Assembly: GCA_964035545.1 (NCBI GenBank)
Contig: OZ037766.1
Location: 30,306,573-30,370,572, forward strand
Direction: 5' to 3'
Source of the DNA: Bugula neritina
Lineage: Eukaryota; Animalia; Bryozoa
Length of the DNA: 64,000 bases
The notes under the pieces were generated by a model, which was not told the DNA's origin, did no database searches, and saw only the letters and a program-made list of their open reading frames with translations. The translations under genes and the position numbers were made by a program. Shown here piece by piece: positions 38,501-48,000 of this stretch. The number at the start of each line of letters is the position of its first letter. Position 1 is the first letter of the stretch.

Positions 38501-41500
38501 TATCAGTGATGAGACCAGCCAACAGGAAAACACCATTTTCTTCACACAACTTTCTGGAAACTTCCAAAGCAGCTTCTGACTGCCGTATACACTCATCTAC
38601 TTCTTGAGTGTCTGCAAGTGAACAGGTAATGCACGTCTATAAGCCATGATAATAACACAATTACACTTAAAATACACATTTATATATATAAGATACAAAT
38701 GATGATAAATTGTTTGAAAAAAAACTGGGCATATCACAGCATTCTCTCACTGTTAAGTGCAAAGGATAAAACAAGTGGCATTTATTGAGAAATATATCAT
38801 TTTCATTGCTTGGCACTGAGTTACTTTGACAATGTTTAAGTATGCATAATACATCGGGATAAGTAAGAATGGTGACACTTTCCAACCTCTATATGAAATA
38901 TATTTTATTGAAACCTAACTCAAAATTCAGACCTTAGAATGTATTCAAAGCAAATACAACAAAATTGAAAAAAGTAATACTAATCCAAGTAAAGTGATGC
39001 ACTCACAGCTATGAGTCTTGGACCACACGCAGAATATTTGCATCAAAAGTTCAGCCATGGCAACTTGAACCATAGTATCTTTGTCTAGAATTGTGTCTAT
39101 TCCCTTTTCACTGCCTCTTTCTTTAAATAATTCCAGCTTCCTATCAAATGATCATAGCAGACAAGTTTTAAAGTTAGTATTTTATGTTAAAAAATTATGT
39201 AAAGAGTATAGTAAAAACTATATTTTCTGAATAATAAAAAGAATATACTAACTGCTATCATATTTAAAAGAAGACTGTTAGTAGAATAGCACACCATTAG
39301 TAACACATTCCAGTCATAGATTTAATATGACAATGCTCAACGTATCTTTACAATCCTAAACTAAAATGGTACTGTAATATCTTGCATCCATAGCACACAA
39401 CGACTAGTTTCACTGTGACAGTCTATATTTGAACAACTAGAATTCCAATGATATCAGAAATTCCCTTATTCAGCACTCCAATAAGTTGGATCAATATTTA
39501 AACTGGTGAAATACTAAACTATTTCTCATATATTAGCCTAGCACTCATATTGGCAGTAACTTAGCAATGGACATTTGTAACAGAACCAAAACGAATGCTT
39601 ACTACTAGCAAATTCAGCGATACATGTAATTACGGCTACTTCATTGTTGACAAAACTAACACCGATTAATTAGGCTACATTAAAGTTTCAGGAACACTTA
39701 CTCTCTGGTTAAATGGCCATTCACAAGGTCTTTGTCTTCACAGACATTCAGCATGTTTTTCAAATCTTTTTTAGTCAGCCGGTGGTATTGAGGCAACTCA
39801 TCAATGAAAACTCTGTACTCTTTATCTTGTATTAGGGAGTGTTGTATACCAGTTTCATACAGAATACATGCCACCTCTTTGTGTCTCTGAGAGCCATCCA
39901 CATTACTAAATACCACAAAGTACACTGTCATTACATGCAATAAACAGTTGACTATTACAGCAGCTACAGCACTGTGAAAAACTTCAAAGTAACACACATA
40001 CCTTTAAAAATATCTAGACAGAAATAAATTAGGTTGTACCTTTGTTCCTTTAACAGACGATCATAACTATACCCGCCTCCCTTAACCAGCTCACAATATT
40101 TGTCTCTTGCTCCCTGAAAATATTCCTTTCCCTCTGTGGAGCCACTTGACTGGGACAACAAGCAGTAACCAATCCCAACCAGTAAGTTGCAATGCAGAAA
40201 CTGAAATATTCACTCTAATATAATTAGTTAACCGAAACACACCATTGTGGTGACAGTGCGGACATTGCTGAATGAATATACAGTATTTAGGATGACTATA
40301 GAAATCTATCAACAAAAATACCTTTGTGAAAGGTTTCACACTGCCCTTCTTAACAGTCTTATCAAGGGCAATTCCATGCTTAGCATAAAATTCCAAGAAT
40401 CGAGCTTCATGCTTACGACCATCTTTGGGAAGAATCCGGTTGATTCCAATCAAAGCTTTTCTGTAACCATAACACATTTATACAATATAACGATAACATA
40501 AGATACTTATATAATATAACGCTGACCAGTGAAACTGACGAAATCACCCAACCAGCTGGTAGTTTTATTTTAACCAATGAATGACAAGACAAATTAATTT
40601 GACGTAAAACAATATTGAAGCAACAGATCAAAAACAAATACTACCTACAACTCAAATATATATATATATATGTATTTCTTTCTAGCAGTCACCCTAAAGC
40701 TTTTACTTGTATATTACTTTTCCATAAATCATCAATAATATTGTCATAGAAAACCGAAAAAAGGTCACGTTTTATATAAATTACAAGAAGCTAGTCGAAT
40801 TGCTGTGATGTCATACTTTTTTGTGAAGATTATGCTTGATTACTAAAAACAATTTACAACTTGAGATAAAGTTGAAATAAGAACTAAGAAGAAAATAATT
40901 TGATTTACGTCAATATCTCTATTTTCTCCTCTTCCTTTTTACAGAACAGTTTCAACGACTGCTTCACAAGTTTATGCAGACTCAACAATCTGCTTTTGTT
41001 CTCAGTTCTCATCACACAGATTCCTCGCTCACATAACCGATTACTTACTAATCTGGTAACTTCTGTAGCCTAAAACACAACAAGTATTAATCAAGAGAAT
41101 TGGAATCACATCGTAATGAAAAGGGTGAAGACATTTTTCTCTAAAAAAGGGTAAACTTTACATATGCAATCTATGCATTGTGAGAATTTATACAAAATCT
41201 CACCAGACCATCAGTATTTGAAACAGTTTCCGCACAAGACACTATCAATTCCCGAGGCAGATCCCTTTCACTGAAGAAAGACAGAACTTTAAGCAACTGC
41301 ATTGACTCCTCAGGATAGGGTAGATCCCTTACTAGCCGATCTATAGCTATCTTTATGGCTACGAGTGCACTTTGTTCACGAGCTTCAATTTCACCAACCC
41401 TACCTTCTTCAATCAAAGACTTGGTTTGTGATTCTATATGTTCCAGATAACGGTTTAAAAAATCTTCACCATCGTCGGCCTTAAAAAAATAATGTGAAAA

Positions 41501-43011
41501 AAATTACAAAAATTTCTTTTTAAAAAAATGTTTCTAGTATAACAATAACAGACTACCACCATACCATATCAATAGCAGAGTACCATCACACCATACCAAG
41601 TATGAACACATTCGGAAGCATTTGTACTATACCATCATTTAAATCTCCCATTTAAATAAATACAACCCAATTTCAACAAATGCAACATTAGGCACACATG
41701 TGTAACCTAGTAGACTTAGGAATCAAACCTTGAATGAAAAAAAAACAGAAATTATTGACTAAAAATTTAAAGAGTTTATTTAGAGAAAAGGTGTTTAGAA
41801 AGCTTGATGGACCAACCATAGACTAGCTAGCTAACTTGTCTATACTTGGAAACAAACTTTAAATTAATACACAACACAAATATAATGAAGAAAAATAATT
41901 CAGATCGTTTATAGTTGAAAGAATTCACCTGCTCGGACTCAAAACTTTTCAAAAATATTCGCAAAGCTAGAGCCATTCCACCAAGTTTATCCACAAGCTT
42001 TTCTAAAGAATCATCATCCAAACGTGTGAACTTGAAAAGTATCTTGGCTTCCTCTAAAGTGAAGGGAGACACTTGAATAAAACCATCTTTACCAATGTGC
42101 TGATATACAGCTGGTCTCGGGACACTCTTCATGCTAGTAACAAACATTGTCCAAGTAACCAGATCAGGGACTTTAGTAGCAGAAGTTTGTTGAGAAGATT
42201 TCATCTCCCTGGCAATGTGATCCAACATGATTAGCAACTCTTCAAGTTTTTCAACATCATCAAAGATAAAGATTTTGTGATGGTCAGGGTAATGGGAATT
42301 TAAAGTTTCGAAAAAGGTAGTGATAATATGCCAAGTTTTTGGCCTATCATCTGAGACTGCTCCAACAGGTATGTCTAGGTCTGTAAAAAGCTGGTGAAGG
42401 TCGTTGTAGAGTGCCTCAATACTGGTGCAATCAAATTTACGATAAAGCCTTTTGCCACTTTCTTTCAAATTATCCCAAACCTTTGCAGATTTATGTCCAG
42501 CAATATATGACTTTCCCCGACCAGGAGCACCTATAAAAATATCTTGGTATCAATAATTAATAATGAAAAACATTACAAAGCAAACAAATACGTGATATGC
42601 TGAAAAACAAAATCATTCGTTTTGCCTTATATGATACTCTTGGTACTTGTTGTTGAAAAAAATAATAATATTTTTGTAGCCATAGTTCATTATAAACAAC
42701 GCCACAAAGCAGACAATAGCACAAATGGATAGCAAAACATGCTACAGAACAAATTTGGAAAAATAAATATCATTTAAAGAAATATTTATCTTCAATCACT
42801 CACCCAGCTATATTTATACTATGATAACAATGGTGTCATCATTGAACAAAAAAGCGCTCTATCTATTCACATTTTGAAAATACTGATCAAATAATTAAGC
42901 AACTATACCAGTTAGAACTATGATGGAGGACCCTGGAACTTCCAAAACTTTATCAACATCTTTGGCAGCTTCTGTTTCAACAAAATCATGGTTGTATATT
43001 GGTGTATTCAT
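35565..43011 (-). CDS. STAND P-loop NTPase (NB-ARC-like) with alpha-helical/TPR-like C-terminus, ~871 aa; exons 43011-42909, 42530-41929, 41479-41204, 41069-40909, 40460-40322, 40200-40040, 39905-39702, 39140-39007, 38611-38426, 38279-38154, 37787-37658, 36898-36704, 36384-36222, 35600-35565
   Basis: Fourteen GT-AG exons give 2616 nt with no internal stop. Walker A IIVLTGAPGRGKS, Walker B KIFIFDDVE, sensor-1 MFVTS, SPFTLEEAKILF, GxP-position LGGMALAL, MHD-position LSLHKLV, TPR-like YAKFLSDCGKSGEAVKYILKAM. Confidence 0.82.
37188..37410. repeat. Intronic minisatellite (TATAGTATACAGGG / TACAGAGAATAG units)
   Basis: Visible tandem reiteration of 14-19 bp units; explains the spurious ORF 37066-37431. 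Confidence 0.9.
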
Positions 43012-43593
43012 GTTGTCTACTCAGCTTCTCTCCAGGGAAGATGCCTTTCTGAGTAGAAACATATAAATATATCCATAATGACACATAAAACACGTCATGC
43101 ACTTGCTATGAGAAATTAAAATATGCATCTTTCAGAATTGAAATTCCTGTAAAATGCAGCTACTAATACTATTACTTACCGCCATCGACAATTTCACGAT
43201 CACAGCAATAAATTATTATATTTATTACTCTTACACTTACAGTTATTGTAACTATATGAATAATCTTAAAATTACGAGCATAAAAGTTAAAAACTAATAT
43301 TTTCAATAACAATTATCTGAGAAACTATTTGTTTAGTGTTATTGGTATTCCAATAATCATGATGATAATGATGATCATAATCTGATAATGATAATTATAA
43401 TCTTAAAGTCAAACTGAAAGCAAAAGTTGCATATATTTTACTTTAAATTATTTTAATTCTCATTATCAATATTAATTAAATTATTATTACATTGCTTATT
43501 AGTTATTACTTTCAGTATTACTCAACTATTAGTAAGTATTAGTAATTTAGTATTACTAAATTAGTATTAGTATTACTAAATTAGTATTAGTAT

Positions 43594-44004
43594 TGTTGTA
43601 GATTCGCGCAAATATACCATGTCCTTTTTTTTATTTAGAGTTATATTCCCTCGCACTCGTTTTCTTTTTTTTATTATTATTATATGTAAACCGAGACTCG
43701 TGCGAAGTCGGAGGCCGAAGACACGATATCGGAGGGGCCTGCCCGAGATCGGGCAGGTCTTCCTCCGATGTCGGTCGGCGGAACTCCGACGTTCGCACGA
43801 GTTTCGGTCTCTCATTAAGTGGCGGGAATTCCCCCCTATATAAGTGCGAAGTTTTTCCAAAGCAATTCATTCTTGTACTGGAGCTCGAAGCAGTCAGAAG
43901 TAATAAATACTCATAGATTCATTTTAATCAAGACTCTTTATTTCTATCACAATAACTGGCATGCAGACTACTAGTCTATTCTTATAATCCACAAAATCAC
44001 AACA
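43594..44004 (+). repeat. 5' LTR of element 1
   Basis: TG...CA ends; TATATAA 43837-43843, Inr-like TCATTC 43867-43872, AATAAA 43902-43907; direct repeat of 51048-51458. Confidence 0.97.
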
Positions 44005-44005
44005 T

Positions 44006-44023
44006 TGGTGGCAGCGGTGGGAT
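44006..44023 (+). other. Primer binding site complementary to tRNA-Leu 3' end
   Basis: TGGTGGCAGCGGTGGGAT is the reverse complement of ATCCCACCGCTGCCA-CCA, the 3' end of metazoan tRNA-Leu(AAG/TAG). Confidence 0.9.
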
Positions 44024-44076
44024 TAGAATAGACTAGTACGACAAGCAGCCATTAGAGAGAAAGAAAGAACAGCACA

Positions 44077-45000
44077 ATGGGGGACGAAGAAGAAGAAGTC
44101 ATGGTAGAAGGAGAAGAAGAAGGAGAAGGGGACCGTCTCACCATGGAGACGCTCATCACGGCTCTCCGAGAGGTCGGAAAGACCGCACAGGCAGCACCTG
44201 GAGACAGGTATCGCCTGAGGCCTCCGATTTTCGGAGGCGAGGGAGATATCGAACAATTCATCAGAGAGTTTGAGGAGGTAGCCACCCTCGCCGAATGGCC
44301 GGCACCGGTGCGCCTCCTCCACCTCCGTACCTGTCTGACAGGTCAGGCAAAGAGTTATGCTCTGGGACCCAATACAGCGCACATCTTTCAGGCCCTCAGG
44401 TCGCGTTTCGGGCTAACCGCCCGCGCCGCCAGGGACAGATTGCGCACCATACGCCGAGACCGGAAGACCTCACTCCAAGACCATGCAAACGCTATTGAGG
44501 CACTAGTACCAGTAGCCCATAGCGACGACACACCGGCAGCACAAAGAGGTGCTGTGTATGAAGCCTTCTTCCACACAATCAATAACCCTGGACTACAGCG
44601 TTATTACTTGGCAGCCAAGGTCACCACTATAGAGGAAGCCTTAGCCCTGGGCAAGGCTTACTACCAAGTAGAGGGACCTCAGTGTGCGGATTTCACCGCT
44701 TGTCAGATTGAGGAACGACCCGAAGTCGCTAAGCCGGATCAGCCAAACCCACAGGCCGTGGCGGCTGCTACTACTTCGTCACCTGACCAGATGACCATGC
44801 TGATGGACATGGTAAAGGGATTGCAGGCAGAGATGAAACAGATGCAGAGAGAACAGGCTGATAAACGAAACCCCCGACCCTGGGGTGAACCAGCCGGTAC
44901 TACCCACCTCACCTGCTGGGGGTGTGGTGCCAGGGGACATGTACGAAGGCAATGCCCTCACGAAAGAAGGATGCCTTTTAACACCCGGGGCTCGCGGTAA
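44077..45000 (+). CDS. gag: Gag (307 aa) with CCHC zinc knuckle
   Basis: Capsid-like PPIFGG...FIREFE...W...L.G.A; knuckle CWGCGARGHVRRQC. Confidence 0.93.
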   Translation: MGDEEEEVMVEGEEEGEGDRLTMETLITALREVGKTAQAAPGDRYRLRPPIFGGEGDIEQFIREFEEVATLAEWPAPVRLLHLRTCLTGQAKSYALGPNTAHIFQALRSRFGLTARAARDRLRTIRRDRKTSLQDHANAIEALVPVAHSDDTPAAQRGAVYEAFFHTINNPGLQRYYLAAKVTTIEEALALGKAYYQVEGPQCADFTACQIEERPEVAKPDQPNPQAVAAATTSSPDQMTMLMDMVKGLQAEMKQMQREQADKRNPRPWGEPAGTTHLTCWGCGARGHVRRQCPHERRMPFNTRGSR

Positions 45001-48000
45001 CCTCCGCCAACCGTGAGCCACCAGCCAACCCCATCCAGGAAGAAATGACCCAAGGAGCCTTTTCCAGGCCAGCCGAGGCTGCGTGGAGACGTCGGAGACC
45101 CCAAGGTCTGCCCGACTCTCCAACCCAGCCACCTACGACCCGGATGGGACTCCTAGATGCAGGATGGCAGGCACCTCGGAGATCTCGGAGACCGCAAGGT
45201 TTACCCGATCCTCCGGCCTGGCCACTCCAAAACCGGTTCGCGGGGTTGCCCGAAGAGGCTGTGGAGGAAGATTCAGCTTACTCGCGAGAGTATCCAAAGC
45301 TACCCTCCCAGCCTCAGAAAACCCCCGTTGTCTGTAGGACGAAGAGGAGGCCCGCTGTAAGGACCCAAGAGGTGTCCCCACCAGAGACTGACCGACCCAG
45401 GAGCACCCAGCCGTATGGAAGCAGCTACTTCCTGCCCGGAAAGATTTCGGGCAAAGCTGCCACCTTCCTGCTGGACACAGGGTGCACTACAAACCTGCTA
45501 AGTCGGCGTCTCTTCGACACCCTTGGCGCCCGAGAGCGGGCGAGCCTCGAGCCATACGAAGGAGCACACGGTACGTTGGCGGACGGATCGTGTATCCCCT
45601 TCTACGGCATTATCACACTACCTGGACGAGTCCGTGATCAAGTAATTCACGAGACGTTCATTGTCAGCCACCTGAAGGAAGACGCCATTCTGGGAATGCC
45701 CTTTCTGGAGAAACACCAGTGTCACATGGGTTTCCAGAAGTCGGCGGTGGTGATGGCTGGGAAGGAACTTGCATGTGTGGACAAGTTTGGTAGGCCCTTG
45801 GTGGGCGGAGTGCAGGTAGTGCAGGACTGCACGATTCCAGGGAGATCCCAGGCTACTCTCCGATGCAGGGTCAACTGCAAGGAGATCGCCGCACTGGGGG
45901 TGGTGGAGGGAACGCACGGAGCAATTCGACTGGCAAACAGCCTAAATCGGCTGGACTGTCGAAGGGAGCTCCTCGTGCAATGCATCAACCCCTTTGCGGA
46001 ATCGGTCCGATTATCGGCTGGTGCACTGGTGGGGAAGTACCACTCCATCCATGAGGCGGATGTGGGTCCGGCACTGGAAACAGTGAGCGACACCCAGGGA
46101 AACCCCCCTCACAACCACCGAGAAGCAGTCCCGGAGCATGTGGCTGGCTTGTACAGTGGAGCGTGTGGAAACTGTACGAGTAGTACCGAACGCCAAACAC
46201 TGGCTCAACTACTCGCGGAGTACAGTGATGTCTTCAGTCGTGGTGATGAAGATATGGGGCTGACTAAGGTTATCTCCCACGAGATACCCCTGGCAGCTGG
46301 CACCACTCCCATCAGGCAGCCAACCCGACGTCTGGGCCCGGAGAAGGAGAAGGAGGTGAGCTGGCAGGTGCAAGATCTTCTCGACCGGGATCTGATTGAG
46401 CCTGCCCACGGTGCGTGGAGCTCTCCAGTAGTCCTGGTCAAGAAGAAGGATGGTAGCTGGAGGTTCTGTGTGGACTACCGCAGACTCAACAGCGTTACCA
46501 TCCAGGACGCTTACCCCCTCCCGCGGATAGATGAGTCTCTGGATGCCCTCGCGGGTAGTAAGTACTTCAGTACTCTGGACCTGCTTAGCGGGTACTGGCA
46601 AGTACCCCTCAGTCCTGATGCTCAGGACAAAGCAGCATTCATTACCCGCGATGGGCTCTGGAAGTGGAAAGTACTGCCGTTTGGACTTACGTCCGCCCCG
46701 GCAACTTTCCAAAGACTCATGGAGCAGGTCCTCAGTGGGTTACACTGGAAGACCCTCCTAATCTATCTGGATGACGTCATTGTCATCTCCCCAGACTTTA
46801 CGACTCATGTCAGTCGTCTGCGGGAGGTCTTTGACCGACTCCGGGCTGCTGGACTGAAGTTGAAGCCCTCCAAGTGTGCACTCCTACAGCAAGAAGTCAC
46901 GTACCTGGGCCATGTGGTTGGCCGTGACGGGGTCGCTACCGACCCGGAGAAGGTACAGGCTGTGAAGGAGTGGGCCGTCCCCCGGGACCTCTCTGAATTG
47001 CGGGCATTCCTGGGCCTGGTAGGGTACTACAGGCAGTACGTACCCGGGTTTGCAGGGGTGGCTCAGCCTTTGAATCGGCTAACCGCCAAGGGAGTCCGGT
47101 GGCAGTGGACACAGGAGGAGCAGCAGGCATTCGACCACCTCAAACAACGGCTAATGGAGGCGCCGATTCTGGCGTTTCCTGATCCAGCCAAAGAGTACAT
47201 CCTGGACACCGACGCCAGCGACCACAGTGTGGGAGCTGTTCTGTCTCAAGTCCAGGGTGGAAGTGAGGTGGTCGTGGCTTACTACAGCAAGACTCTCGCG
47301 GCTGCCGAGAAAAACTACTGCACCACTAGGAAGGAACTCCTAGCAGTAGTCAAGGCGGTCAAGCACTTTCGGCCATATCTGTATGGAAGAACGTTCCGGT
47401 TGCGAACAGACCATGCATCACTGATATGGTTGTGTAAACGTGCAGAGCCCTCGAGTCAGGTGGCCCGTTGGCTAGAGATTCTTGCTGAGTTTTCCTACCG
47501 GATAGAGCACCGTGCCGGCAAGAAACACGGGAACGCTGATGGCATGAGTCGCCGACCGGTAGAGAACTGCAAGCAATGCCTACACATCGAGAGGCGTGAT
47601 GGGGGACCTGCCCGCCTTGACGTCGAGGCACAGTTGGGAGACGGCAACGTCTATCGTTGGGAGCACGGCCATCTTCGGCCTGAAACCCACTCAGACGACG
47701 TCCAGGCACTCCGTGCTAACCCCACACTGTACCAGAACGTCAAGGAGCTGTGTCGACTGCAAGAAACACTCCCTGGATCAGTAGCTGACATCTTCCGAGC
47801 CAAGAAAGAAGGCAGACGACCCTCGAAGGAACAGCAACGGCAGGGAGACGCTGAGTTTCAGTTCTTCTGCCGCCGCTGGAATTCTCTCCAGATTCGTTTA
47901 GACGGCCTCCTGACGATGACACTCGCAGCAGACAACCGGCAACAAGAAAGGGATCGCGTCATATGCCCACGCGCTCTCCGTCGGGAAATCATCTGGGACA

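Noticed and set aside
43576-43870. ORFs on both strands of the LTRs (also 51043-51324)
   Set aside because: By-product of the GC-rich palindrome; no recognisable motifs.
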